A DNA stretch of 64,000 nucleotides, from contig MU058423.1 of NCBI GenBank assembly GCA_013265495.1, forward strand, positions 6,734,939 through 6,798,938, given 5' to 3'. This DNA is from Vicugna vicugna (Eukaryota). Under the pieces are notes generated by a model. It saw only the letters and a program-made list of their open reading frames with translations. It searched no databases and had not been told where the DNA came from. Each line of letters opens with the position of its first letter. The first letter of the stretch is position 1. Position numbers and translations under genes: made by a program. Of the stretch, positions 37,621 through 51,230 are shown in pieces.

Positions 37621-39679
37621 TACTCTTTATAGAATCATTTGGTATATCCAATGTTCCTGATATTAAAATGATTTTTAAGATTTATATTTGTTAAATACTT
37701 AGAACTACTTTAGCCATAGGCTTTTCATGACAAATATCCTACTTGAGAATTCTTTATATATTGAGGAGATGAATTAGAAGAATGTAAAACCAGCCACTGG
37801 AACGTTTTCACAAGAAAGTGCCTTTAAAAATATAATATTAGTAACTGTAAGTGAAAAAAATCAATTCAAGTCTACATCTAAAAATATCAAAAAAACTATT
37901 TAAGCTGTGTACAAAGCTTTAGTTTATGTGATTGCATTCTAATACTGTATCATCACCATTAACCAAAATCTTCATTTCCAAGAGTTAAAGAGCATAATTT
38001 TCTTAATCAGTTACTATGTTAGAGACGAAGAAAAACTTAATGACTTGGTAATGGTGGATTTCTCTTACTAACCTAATATACATATATACATACCTTTTGG
38101 TGAAGCAGGCCAGCAAGGTTTTGGCTCCTTGCTGACCTCAGGTAAGGTGAGTTTCTAGTTAGTATGGCAAATGTCCAAGATAATGACTAAAGGAGCAATC
38201 TATTGCTGTACATGTTGTCAAATTTAAAATTCAACTGTGATATTTTAATAATATTTTTAATAAAAATTAAATTACTTAATAAAATTTCATATTTATCCTT
38301 ATATTCCATAAGCTTGTTCTATGATGATGGTATTTGACTTTGAAACACTGATTCTGGCTGAGTGTTGATTGTAATCCTCAGACATGTAACAGTTCACCAA
38401 AAAGCATGCCCAGTATACTTCTATTATAGGTGAACTCTTTATAAATAGTGGTTCTAGCAAAGAAGCATGATGACTCATCTGCCTTCTGGAAAAGTGGTCA
38501 TCTTTGATTGGGAGGACTTTTGCGTAGCTGCAAGATACACAAAAAGGGATTAGTGAGGAAAGAAGAATATGACCAGTTTACATGATCTAATAACTGATCC
38601 TGGGGATTTTTTAGGGTATTTGACGTAGATGCTAAATTTACTTCACATGTTTTGGATTACAATAGATTTTTTTCCATCTGCATTTAACAGTTGACATTTT
38701 GACTCCTGATTAAGACCCAAAATACATGATATGTAATAATTTTTACTGGGGCTAATAAAACCTACAGCATTAAAAATAATGACATTTTAAGAATTACATA
38801 AAATAATATATATAAAGAGCTTAGCAGCTTTCAATTACCTTGATTGTGGAAGATTAGCCTATTGTTAACTGAGAACTACCATTTACATCTTAATTACTAC
38901 TATTGGCGAATTTGATATTTAAAAAATCATTTGATAGTTGTAAAAACATATTATTATTTGTAGTAATTTACTTCTTAAATAGCATCTATTAAAAATTATT
39001 TTGAGTAGTTTATCTGTTTATGTTCTTATGGAGCCAATTATCTTAATTTCCAAATAGAAAAGGGGAACAGTGTATGAAACAGTAGAGTGCTTTTTAGTTT
39101 GGCCTGAGAGTTACAGGGAGCAACATGGACAATCGAAGTTCACCTATAGTTCTTCACAATTTACTTTCTTTCAGTTTCCTGAGAATTGTAGTAAGTCCCT
39201 CCTTTCCAACATATTTTAAGGAGTAAGTCCTGTGGAATAATCCACTGATTAACAGAATTCAGCTGTTTCTTCTGCAAGAAGTGACTTAGTTACCGAATTA
39301 TATCTTACATTTATTAAGGTTTGCTTATGACATTTTTTTCTATACCTTTCTCTAAGCTACAAACTACAGTGATTTATCTTTGCTTTAAATTTTATTAGCA
39401 CTATTAGTTTATCTATTTAATGATCATTTATGGCACTTATTATGTAAGTCAGGATTGAGTTGAACTGACAGACACAAACTAAATTAAGCAGAAATAACAA
39501 TTCTAGAGAAGGATTCTAATTATCTTTACTTGGGTCATATGCCTAATGTTGAACCAACTATTTGGCAGATGTATGTGATACCATGATGAGTCTTGACTGG
39601 GCTATTTACCAGATTCAGAAAAGAGGTGTTGAGGGAGAGGTTGAAGACTTAAAAATGAGAAAAAGGGGGAAAGTCCTTT

Positions 39680-39815
39680 GTAGCCTGGAATGTAATTTCT
39701 ATGAGGGTAAAACTTTACTTTTTGTTTTTTATTTACTGTTGTATATTCAATTCTTGGTAAAGTACCTGGCTCAAAATAGATACTTAATAAATATATTGTT
39801 GAATGAATGAATGAA
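39680..39815 (+). mobile_element. L2 3' terminus
   Basis: gaatgtaatttctatgaggg...agtacctggctcaaaatagatacttaataaatatattgttgaatgaatgaatgaa. Confidence 0.88.
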
Positions 39816-41437
39816 CAGGCAATAATAGTCCCTAACACAATTCACTACACTTGTGAAGTACTTTGTTATTTTCTAGGGATACCATATTTGCTTTATTTTC
39901 AGGTCAGTGATATGCCAACACATTATTAAATATTGTGACTCTGTTTTGCAAAATTCTAATTAGCATAAATTGAGTTACTTCATAGTTCTTCAGTATATTT
40001 GTTTTCCTAACTCTTGAGAACAAAGTTGATGTGTTTTGGAGTCCTAGTATAATATATAAATGTTAATTAAATTGAATCACGTTTAAATATAAAGGTGATG
40101 AAGAGGAAACTTTACTAATCAAATAAAGGGCTAATTTGGTGGAATAAGCTCTAGGTTTGGTAAAGCTGTATTTTTGTAGGATCTGATACACTCAGTTTTA
40201 AATTCACTACTTTATTGTGTTTGTCGATTTTACCTTGTAAGTTGTTTCTTCTATAAGATCTAGAGGTATGATGGTGAGTTTAAATGAAATGCCAAAATTG
40301 CAAAACACTTGAATAAAACTGTCTTTTTCATAGGTGATATATTTGTTTTTATTATTTAGATGATTACAGCATATAGTTAAAAAATACAAGTGTTCAAACT
40401 TTTTATCACATCTATGTTCTTTGAGAATGAGCTGTGGACTGTAAGACATGTGCTCCTTTTTCTGTATTTCCTCCAACCTTCATTAACCTCGAGCAAATGA
40501 GTATTCAGGTAACATTTGACTTCTATTTATGATGGAACCATGAATTAATTACACATGTGGAGATTAAGTTCTGAGTGAATTTCTTCATTCAACTTTTTTG
40601 TGCCTCTATACTTGCTAATAACACTGTAATAGTCTACATCTTGGAATATTTTTATAGTAGTGAGATATAACGTAACATTAAGGCTAATGAATGGTTATAG
40701 TGTATGGTACTAGGTATAATTTTAAATGTTTATTTTTACTTAAACTGCTCTGTTATGTTCTGCTTTGATTACAAATATTTTCCTAATATTATGAATATTT
40801 TGTTCTCAAAAAAATTGAACAGCCTGTTTATAAATGGAAATCAAAATCTTTGGGAGGGAGGCCTTGGCAAGTCAGTTATTTTACACAAACAGCTGAATCC
40901 GTGGGAGGGGACCACACGAAGCCTGCATCCCCTTTTGAACCCTCAGTAGCATCCTCCAGGGAAAGTCACTGACTGCAGATTGTTTAAATGACAGCAGTAG
41001 GGTGCACAGTAACACTGCTCCTCAAAGGAAGCATCACCTTATCTGACCTAGTCTTGGAGTAAATCAGGCGCCTGCTTCAGCCAGTTGACGATAATGTCTC
41101 CAACCATTTCCATTTTTCAGTATTCAGAGCCATTTGAGGACATCTTTTGTTTGTTTATTAGATCATCAGAGGATATATTTTGTTGAAAACTTAATATGAA
41201 CTTGGTCTTTAGTTGGACCTTAGCTGCTGATAACGTATGACTCTAAGGATTTCTGTAGTTCTGGGATGTGTTGGCTCTTGTAGCATGTGTCAGTTACCCC
41301 AGTGATGAGATTTCACAATGTGCTCTTACCTGCCTGAGCCATTGGGAAGGTGAAAGGCATCTCTTGGCTTTGCAATAAGCATTTAAAGGATTGCCCTGTT
41401 CACTTGATCTTTTGTGAGACATTATTTTTATGGGGTT

Positions 41438-41444
41438 TTGTTGT

Positions 41445-41482
<38 letters not shown>

Positions 41483-41485
41483 CTG
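41438..41485. repeat. Mixed triplet repeat (TTG)6(CTG)3(TTG)3(CTG)4
   Basis: Counted directly; reads (CAG/CAA)16 on the - strand. Confidence 0.95.
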
Positions 41486-42464
41486 CCGTTCTTGTGGCTT
41501 CTTAATTTTAAGAAGTGTGAAGTCCCATTTGTGAAGAGAGCTGTTATGCAGCTTGAAACCTAGGCAGCAGTTACTTTGTTCACTTCGTGCAAAATGATTC
41601 TCTTGGTGAACTGTTCCAAATGTAAAGAGTTATGAAGAACTCTGGGTTGGTTTTGATTATGCAGCATGTTCAGTTGTGATTCTGTCCGTCTCTTCACTGA
41701 AAGATCAGTGGTTAAGCATATGCTGTTAGCTGCCAGAGTCAACACTCGTATTTTTCTTTCCATTCTGTGAGAAGAACTTCAAATGTTATTATTCATGAAA
41801 GCTTTTACTGCAGCCTGTTGGTCTGGACTGAAAACACACATTATTCCATGTCCTATTAAGAATTCCAGCCTGGAAAGGTCAACAGTTAGGTTTATCACAG
41901 TGTTTATGGAGGCGCTGATTATTTACTTAGCACTGTAGCACTGTAGAGTAACTGAGATTTTTTTTGAATTCATAAATTAGAATGTATCATTGTTACAGTA
42001 ATTAGCAATATAAAGTCATTATGATTTATCCATTAGAGCATGTATTTTTCATGGTTTTTTACTCATATGTCTGTATATAAAAGCAAACTGATGTCCTAAA
42101 AAAGTCACAATTATACATTAGTTGGTGAGTAGTAGTTTTCATTTCCCACATTTGTTTTCACTTTTGTTTCAGAACATTTGTTTATATCATATTGAAAGCA
42201 GCTTTCACTCCAATAAACAAAGTAATTTCAAAAAGAAAAAAAAAAGAAAACTTCTGATTGGCTGTTGACCATGAAGTTCCTACAGTGTCTTATTTAGATT
42301 TGCAGAAATAAGTAATATGGAAATACATTTTTTGATAACATAAGTCACAATAGAAATATTTAGAAATACCTGCTTTTTAATTTTGATAGGCTAACATACT
42401 GTATCTTTTCCTCATTTCCTTTTATTCAGTAATAAACGAATTTAACAAGGATAGAGATACAAAA

Positions 42465-43128
42465 CAATGTACTATCATAGTATCCAGAGTTAGCCAACCT
42501 GCAGAGTCTGAGGGATAAGACTGTCTTCACTTCAGACACCAACTGAAAGTCAGAAGTTCTCTAGAACCACCTTCAGTTTTGGTAATTTTTTGGAGAAACT
42601 CATAGAACTCAATGAAAACTATTTTATTCATGGTTCCATCCATAGCAGAGAAAGGAAAAAAAAAAATCAGCCGAAGGGAAAGAGGCATAAGACAGAGTTT
42701 GGGTTGGGTGGGGGGGTTCAAACATGGAGCTTTTCTCTCTATATGGAGTTATGAATGACATTATCTCTTCCTGGCCACAGTGTGTGAAGATATGCACATA
42801 GTAATGTCAATCAGAGAAGCTCACCTGAGCCTTTAACATCCAAAGTTTTTACTGTGATTTGATCACATACTGTTTGCATGGCTGACCCTTAGTTTCTAGC
42901 TTTCTTGGAAGTCAGGCTAATTTCTTTGGTCTATAGTTCTTCCAGAGATTGGAACTTCTACTGTATGGCCCAAAGTCCTCATCATAAATCACACTGTTAG
43001 ACTGTCTCATGGCCAAAGTTCTTAGGCAAACGAAGAGCAGAATATTCCATGAATCTGGAGATCCTTTCCCAGTAGCTGAAGGCAAAGGACAGAGCTGTCT
43101 TTGGATAAGGTTAATTCTTCACTACACA
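42465..43128 (-). mobile_element. MER21C/MER77-like LTR
   Basis: aagactgtcttcacttcagacaccaactg...actcatagaactcaatgaaaac...ctttggataaggttaattcttcactacaca. Confidence 0.8.
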
Positions 43129-43914
43129 CATAGATACCATTTTAATTTTCATTTTGGGTATGAAATGAGGCAGGGCAAATGTAAAAAAAAATTTAGAGCA
43201 AAAGAGCTAGGGAGCTAGGAAATACTAGTGCCTTTTTAATGCCTTGAATTATAGAATTTAAAGGTAAAGTGGATATTAATAATCAACTAATAGTCCAAAC
43301 TTTTTTATTCATTTAGAGAAATGAATTGGCTAATGTCACAATGTTCATGGAACAGCAGGGCGTAGTATTCAAATCTCTTTCTTTGTGTCTTTATCTAGGC
43401 CTAATTATAACTTTATCCTCACTATCATTCTCTTTGGGGGTAATTTTAAACAATCTATGACTGCTCCGGATGATGTTTTTCTTCTAATGGTTCAAGTCAC
43501 TGAGGAGTGCATTCATAAATGCTTATAGGGGAAATAATTAGTCTTGTCTATGTAACAAAGACTCCAGGCAACTTGGGAGTAACGACAACAACAAAAGTGA
43601 AGAAATAATTAAAAATAAAGATTGTTAGATCAAGGTCATTGGGGTATAAGATGATGTCTTTATATTTCTATGAAATTCTTTAAATAAATTAATGCTCAAT
43701 GTCATGTTATATCATTGGCTGAAAGAATCTCTAACACTCAAAAGACACCAGCGTTAGGCAAGCTAAGTTAAAGAATACTTAAAAATCAAAAGGCCGTCAT
43801 TAGGAGACCTGAGTTGTAGTCCCTGTTTTATAAGAATAACTGTATAATTGTAGTCAAGCTACTTCTCTGAACCTAAGTGACATTAGGAAGAAAAATGAGA
43901 GGATTTAACTATGA

Positions 43915-44085
43915 GTAGCTCTTACTTTTCTGGAGTCATAGAGAGATGCCTTTAAGAATTCAATGCAGCTTTGCATCTTCTCCCTAAGAAAATGCACAAA
44001 ATCACTTATACACACAATTTTCATCCACCCCCAGTGAGTCCAAAATATTTGACCCACATCCTGTAACCTGGTTTAAGAAATTCTA
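43915..44085 (+). mobile_element. MER117-like hAT-Charlie element
   Basis: cctttaagaattcaatgcagctttgcatcttctccctaagaaaatgcaca...atacacacaatttt...ctggtttaagaaattct. Confidence 0.65.
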
Positions 44086-44211
44086 GGATTTGGTAATTTC
44101 CAAAGTATCTTTCAGGATAAAAATTTGTCATTGTTTCATAACGTGTTACCTCAGAATCATATATAAAATTCAGTTTTTAAAAATCAAATTGATACATACT
44201 GCATAAAATAT

Positions 44212-44290
44212 TCAGTGGTTCTCAAACCTACCCAGAAGTATTGATTCAGAAAGACTGGCATGGGACCCAGAAATACGAGTTTTAGTGAAC
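44212..44290. mobile_element. MER5A fragment
   Basis: cagtggttctcaaac...tattgattcagaaagactggcatgggacccagaaat. Confidence 0.6.
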
Positions 44291-44291
44291 C

Positions 44292-44644
44292 TGTTCACCA
44301 ACCCAGAAGCTCTCTGGAGCCTGTCCTTTTGGGTTTTCGTAAAGGCTTCAATGTATAGGCATGATTTTGTCGCTTGTGATTGATTCAACCTCCAGCCACT
44401 CCCCCATACCTGAGCATGAGGGTGAGGCTAAAACTTCCAGCCTTCTAATCTTAGTTGGTTCCCGTGGTCATCCTTATCCTTAGCTTATCTAGGGGCTTTC
44501 TAAAAATCGCCTCATTAACATAACTCAGATGTAGTTTAAAGGGACTTGTTAGGAATAAGAAAAGACACCTTTATGGCTCTGTGCCAGAAACAAGGATGAA
44601 GACCAAATATATGCACATTTCTTATTATAAGTCACAGTGTGACA
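44292..44644 (-). mobile_element. MER21B-like LTR fragment
   Basis: gttcaccaacccagaagctctc...ggcttcaatgtataggcatgatt...cctcattaacataactcag...tgtgccagaaacaaggatgaagaccaaatata. Confidence 0.8.
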
Positions 44645-44814
44645 GGTGTTACTTATTAATTTTCTAGAATGGAATATAAGAAATTAACTTTCTTACATTA
44701 CCCACCTCCATTTTTTATTTCCCCTTCCTCTGTTCTCTCCAAGATATGTATTTGGAGTTAAATAACTTTCTAGTTAAGTATTTAAAATTTATATGTTTAT
44801 GCCTGTGTGTATTA

Positions 44815-45600
44815 TTTACTCTTTCACTCAACAGATATTTATTGGATGCTTATAATGTGTCATACCAATTTTTAGATACTGGAGGTAATAAACAAACCAG
44901 ACAAAAATCCGTGTACATATTGAAGTTACATTGTAATGAAGACAGACAATAAAAATGAACATGATAAGTGAATAAATTATACAGTAAATTTTCAGAAAGC
45001 AAGTGCTAAGAGACAAGAATAGAACCAGTTAATAGGGATGGAAGGGTTAAGGATGCCCTGTAATTTGAAATGGGGATGAGCAGATAGACCTTACTGAGAA
45101 GGTGACATATGGCAAATACTTGCAGGAAGTGAGGAGTGAGCCATTCAGAGATCTAGGGAGGGAATGAATGTTCGAGACCAAATGAATCAGGCCAAGACTC
45201 TCATGTGGAAGCGTGCCTGGTGTGTTAAAGAGACAGTGTAGGTGGAACAGGAAGACTGAGGGGAGGTAGCCGGAGTTAAGGTTAGAGAGTCAACAAAGGG
45301 CCATGTTATATTGGGCCTTGTAGGCCATTTTAAGGACTTCAGCATTTACTCTGAGAGAAGTGAAGAGCCTAAGAAGACTATGAAATATGGATTGATATGT
45401 TTTGCTTTATGTTTTAATCAGGATTGCTCTAGCTCCTCTGTTGATAACAGATCATAGTGGGTGGATTGCTTGAAGGCAGGGTGACAAGTTAAGAGGCAAT
45501 TATAAGAATCTATGCAAGAGATGGTGATGGCTTGGACCAGTGTGGTTGGGATTTTAAGAAATGGTGAAATTATGGATATATTTTGAAGGAGAGTCAAACT
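44815..45600 (-). mobile_element. L2a LINE 3' region
   Basis: ttcactcaacagatatttattggatgcttataatgtg...ccttactgagaaggtgacat...gggccttgtaggccattttaaggactt...gatggtgatggcttggaccag. Confidence 0.9.
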
Positions 45601-46096
45601 TATGACAATTAATCATGTCGTACATCACCCTTATTTTCTTGGACCTTTTGTTTTAATAATTGCTGCTTTTTTATTAGGTCTTTGGTTTTCTGTGTGGCTA
45701 TAAAATATTTATGAGAAACTCTGTGCCAAGTGTCGGTCCCTGTCCATAATTGAAATACATCAAATATTCTATTTGAGTGTGATGTGACGTATCCCTCCTG
45801 CACCTCTCTATCCTCTTGTTCCAGTTTAGGTCGGGTGTTACACTGATAGGCCTGATACACTGCTATCATCCTGATTTTTCCTTCACTACCAGCTTTTGCT
45901 TCTCTAACAGGTTGGGATATTTGTTTTATTGGTGCCATGGCTTTATCTTTCTCTATGTCCATCTTTGCCTAGTTGTGTATCTCTTCCAAGAACAAAATGC
46001 ACTGGAGGTAAATTTTTGAGACTTTACATATCTGAACTTGTTTTCATTATACCCTCATGAGCCTTTGACTATTTTTGACTAGTTAATCTAGATAGG

Positions 46097-46465
46097 TATG
46101 AAGGTTAATTTTATGTGTTAACATGGGCCAGCTATGGTTCGTCAAACACCAGTCTAGGTGGTGTTGTGAGTTATTTTTTGCATGTAATTAAAATTTAAAT
46201 CAATAGTTCTCCTCTGTAATGTGGGTGGACCTCATCCAATCAGTTAAAAGCCTTAGAGCAAAGAGTGAGCTTCCCCAGTGATGAAGGAATTCTCAAGATG
46301 GCAACATAGAAACCCTGCCTGAGTTTCCAGCTTTCTGTCCTACAGAATTCAGACCCAAGACTGCTCGTCAATTCTTACTTGAATTTTTCAGCCTGCCAGC
46401 CTGTCCTGTGGAGTTTGGACTTGCCAGCCCCCACAATTGTGTGAGCTAACTCCTTAAAATAAACA
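46097..46465 (+). mobile_element. ERVL LTR (MLT2)
   Basis: ggttaattttatgtgttaac...aatgtgggtggacctcatccaatcagtt...tttggacttgccagcccccacaattgtgtgagctaactccttaaaataaa. Confidence 0.88.
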
Positions 46466-46481
46466 CAAATTTATACCCCCC

Positions 46482-46484
<3 letters not shown>

Positions 46485-46534
<50 letters not shown>

Positions 46535-46552
46535 ACATAAACACACACACAT
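46485..46552. repeat. (AC)24 microsatellite with degenerate extension
   Basis: Seen directly, at the MLT2 poly(A)-signal region. Confidence 0.95.
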
Positions 46553-49490
46553 AAATATGTATATATATTTCTCCTAAGAAATTATATTTTATTAAATAGT
46601 ACTCATAATGAAAACTAGTTTCTAAGAGAAACTTTTCCTCAAACTTTTCTTTTTTTAAGAAACATTTTCCTTACTTCATGGATGCAACATCTATTTTTAC
46701 TTGTGGATAATAATTGTAATTGTACTTAAGCTTTATTCTTACACTTTATTGTTGCTATTTCCTCTAGGTCACTTTATTTTCTTACAGTTTTCGTCTCTGG
46801 CTTTCCTATTAGATTCTACCTGTCAATATTTACAAATGGAGACTAAGATTCATACTGAACGTGTGTATGTGTGTGTTTGTGTGCTCAGAATCGAACCTAA
46901 GACTGGTGAGCTTTACTATAAAATAATTGGGTAGGGACTCATCTCTTTCTTTAGGAATGACTATATGTCAGTATTTGAAAGTGTTTTCTCTTGGGTCAAT
47001 TTCCCCAAAAGGGAAACTTTTATTGTCTTAGTGTGGCAATGCTGTCCCTAAGAGAAAGGATGCTGTAGGCTCATTGTCCAGTGATGGACTTTCACTAAAT
47101 CCTCCTGATTTTAAGCCCCCAGCCCTCATTACTGCCTATGGTTTAAAGTTTGAATTACCACTTGTTCAGTCTCATCAGAAAATACATTTTCTGAGGGGTT
47201 TTCTGGAAGATGAGGGCTTAGCCACAATTATGTCTGTGTGTGTGTGTGTAAAAGGAGAGTGGTCCTTACCTGTTTAGAGTAGGATAGCTGATTAAGAGTT
47301 CTGACTAATTTTTTTATACAGATTTTCTTCCTGTCATTTTTTCATGTTCAGTTAGACCTGAAACGCTGCCTTCAAATCCATCTGGTAATTAAATTTCTGA
47401 AACTTTATTCTTCACTCCTCATTATCAGACTGTGCTCCAGTCTCTTTCACACTCCTTGTTCTTATGGGCAGACACTTAGCTTTTGGCTTTCTTGAGTCTG
47501 TTTAGATGGTTATTACTCATTTTTATATTTTCCAGTTTAAAAGACATTATCATTATTTGTGTCTTCTGTTTTAAATTCAAATTGTGTGTTTAATCACCAT
47601 ATTTTACCAACATTTTATATCTTTCCAAAAGACAAAATGACCATCAATAACTCAGCTATCATAGAAAATTAGTTGGTTTTGTTAATAGCAATAGCTATTT
47701 AACAGCAATGGATGTTAGGTACATATTTATGACTATTGGTTACTATGAACTTTTACTATAAACTTAATGAGGAAATTTATATTGTTATAGTACATAAAAA
47801 TTAGCTAATTTGCATTTAATACTTAAAATGTATTATTGAAATTGAATTAAAACAATGAGTAAAACACAAAACTTCAGGGGGAAAAGGATATTAAATTATA
47901 AATATTTTTTAAAGATTAGCTAGGTATTGTCACTCAATAAAACCATATATACAATTAACAAAACCTGCCATAGTAGAAATGAAAAACTTGTCTTCTCTCT
48001 TTATACTTTTCTTGTAACTAGTACTTTTACTCTTTTGACACTTCTTATTTTTCTGGATTTCTTTATTAGAAATAATGTTTTACTTTCCCAACTTAATAGT
48101 GTATATTTTCACTACATTTTAGATCTCAGGTATATGACAATAATTTTATAAATTCTGAATTCTCTGTGATTTTTACATATTTAAAGTCTGTTTCATTTAA
48201 ATTGTTAACTTCCTAGGACATACTATTTCTAATTCTATGCTTTCATGAAGTCACATCTCTATCACTGGCATACAAAATCAGCATTCAATTTTAGGAATTA
48301 ATTATCTAGTATGTATAGGATACATTTAGGAAACCAAATCCTCTTGTCCATGTATTGTTAATGCTATTTACTGAAACTAGATATAAATAAGTGTAATGCC
48401 TTTTTAAATTGTAAGGGATATTTTAAGACAAAGAAATAATTTTTGACTTTGTACCTCAATGGGCCAGTGTAATAGTCTGAGTGGCCATTCTTTTGCTTTT
48501 AGCAACATTAAAGCCCTGCAACATTCTGAATACAGGAGGTCTTTTGTAGTCAATTATAGATAGAGTTATGATGAGATTGGTCATTGCAGTGAAGGAACTA
48601 GTACCAACAAATACATCAACTAGGAGTGGATACATATTTTGCCAAATTTAAAACCAAATATAGCCCTAAAATATAATATTCTACCAGTTGAATTTGTTAT
48701 TGCCAATTCATAGAAAATTCCTCCTTTTAGAGTAGAATGCTTTGAAGTCTGATATGTTCAGTGCTTTAAAACATCACTTTAAATATTAAAACAAAATGCT
48801 TAATATGTATTATTAAAACATTTTTAATGATCAGGAATATGTCTAGGTTTCCAAGCTGTTAAAATAACAGCAGTGGATAATAGCCTAGTGTTTTAAATAC
48901 ATAAATACTATCTTTCATTTCATTTATTTATTGACAGAGAAAGATAATATTTATGTATAGTAAAAAGGCAAGTGAATGAAGCTATAATTTTATTTCATTA
49001 CTGTTAGTACATCACAACTATTTCTGTCTAAATAGATCTTAATAACTATTATTTAAAAATATTATAATGCTTGAATAGAACTATAGATTAGTATGATATA
49101 TTTATTATTAGTAAATTGCATCCAGCATAATTTAATTGTAATTGAAAATAATTATACAAGATTTTCCAATATTGCTATTATAATTTCATTTACCACATTT
49201 AAGAAAGGATATACATTATTTTCATCTTTATTTATGAAGGATTCCAATTATGTAGTTCCAGAAAGTAATTGCATTTCATCTTGCACTATAGTTTTTTTTT
49301 CCAAAAATATAACAAACTTTCTCTAAATCAGAATCAATTAAGGGTTTAATTCAGTAAATTTTAGGATTTTATCAATAAGTTATTGAAGGAAATAAGCACA
49401 TTTAGCTTTTATTATATGAGAATAAAAAGACTAGACATATATTTTTCATACTTAGGTTTCTAGTTAGCAGGTAAAAATCTTATAAAGCAG

Positions 49491-49963
49491 TGCTTCTTAG
49501 GGTTCTTCAAAGAAACAGGACCCAACAGGATTTATATAGAGATACATATGAGGATATTTTCTATAGGAATTGGTTCCTATGGTCATATAGGTGGCATAAT
49601 TCAGTTGAAAGGCTTAAGCAGGGGCAAGAAGGAAGGAAGCTGGTGGTGTAAGTTCTGGTTCTGAATTCTAAAGCTTGACCACAGGAATGCCTGACCTATG
49701 GGAGCCACTAAAGATGTATGTCCTAGCTCAAGGAGAGAGAGTGAATTTGCTCTTCTTCTGCATTTTTATTTTGTTCAGGTTCTCAACAGTTTGGATGATA
49801 GTCACCTACGTTGGGAAGGGACATGTACTTTACTCAGTTCAACATTTTAAACATTCATTTCTTCCAGAAACACCCTCACAGATGCATCCAGAGATAAGGG
49901 TTTTACCAACTTCCTGAGAATCCCTTAGCTCTGTCAAGTTGGCACATAAAATTAACCATCACA
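49491..49963 (-). mobile_element. ERVL LTR (MLT2C/D-type)
   Basis: tagggttcttcaaagaaacagga...ttccagaaacaccctcacaga...gtcaagttggcacataaaattaaccatcaca. Confidence 0.9.
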
Positions 49964-50619
49964 GAGCACAAGTGATTCTGATAAGCACCAACAATGAAAA
50001 ATCTGTCTTCACATTTTATTTTATTTAGTATATCACAGTGCATAGTTAGGCTATTACCTTTTAATTTCATTTGCAAATATATGAGCTGCATCTTTATCAT
50101 TATATTAGGCTTCATAATGAGTTAAAGAAAATACCCACAAGTTTAATTTTTGTATCACTTCCAATCTTATATCTGAATTATTGGCATGAATCAAGTCAGG
50201 CTAAGCATGGGATAGGAAATATGATACAGTTAACACCAGAGATTAAATAAGCTAAGCCATAAGGCATTCTAATGTATCAACAGCAGGGCAACAGAGAGAC
50301 ACCAACATCAGTTGGGGCTTGGCATACTAATTTCTCTATAAAACTGATCCCGGTGGGAGCAGCTTAAAGTCCAAGTAAAAGTTCCCAAAGAAAGTGACAA
50401 CCTGGACTGGTCTTGCTACACAAAAGGATCTGAGCTAACATGAGCACAAGGGTGGTAGTTACAGGTAAGTGACAGCATCCCAAAATCAAATCTTTGGCTT
50501 TTTAGAGCAGGACTACAATAGCTTGGATCAAGGAGAACAGGGTTCAGTCTCTATGGAGAGAGATTTGCAAAGGTTTGGGTATGATTATAGCAAAATGCTA
50601 ATTAGAAATAAAAGTACGT

Positions 50620-50850
50620 AATCTATAGTTAAGATTGTGTGTTCTGGAGTCAGACCAACTTAAGTTTAAATTCCAGCTTTGTTATGTGAATTAGGGCAAA
50701 TTACTTGACCAGTCTGTACCATAGTTTCTGACTCTAAAATTTGATATCACAATGCTAATTTTAAGAGATTGATGTAAGGATTAAATGAGATACTGTATTT
50801 GAAAACATGTCACACTGTATCCTATCGTATTATAATCATCTTATTAATGG
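50620..50850 (+). mobile_element. MIR SINE
   Basis: tctggagtcagaccaacttaagtttaaattccagcttt...gggcaaattacttgacc...gtaaggattaaatgagata. Confidence 0.85.
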
Positions 50851-50934
50851 CATTTAACATTTTTATTAATTGAAAGGCCAAGCATTTTAAGGAGATATAC
50901 ATGGCAAAGGTTAAGAAAGAGTGACAACTAACTC

Positions 50935-51230
50935 AGATTTGATGCAATATGCATTTATCGATCATCTCATTTATGCTATGCACCATGTTAAAATATAAAA
51001 TATAGGAAACAAGACTAAGTGGTTCCTGCCTTCAAAGAACTCATTTCCAGGGGGAAACAGACATATTTTTATGAATAAGATAGTACTGTGAAATGAATGT
51101 TAATAGAGCTATGTACAGAATCCCACAATAGCACTGAGCATGGATCATCCACTTGTGCCTGGGAAGCCCAGGAAGATTTTGTAAGGAAAAGACAGTTAAT
51201 CAGAGGTTTGCAGGAAGAATTCAGTCTGGA
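50935..51230 (-). mobile_element. L2 3' fragment
   Basis: gcatttatcgatcatctcatttatgctatgcacc...ggttcctgccttcaaagaactcatttccagggggaaacagaca. Confidence 0.75.

Larger units (their letters stand above)
45640..47600 (-). mobile_element. HAL1/L1ME ORF1-like fragments, interrupted by an MLT2 LTR
   Basis: ggaggtaaatttttgagactttacatatctgaacttgttttcattataccctca resembles antisense HAL1/L1 ORF1; degenerate continuation after 46620. Confidence 0.5.
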
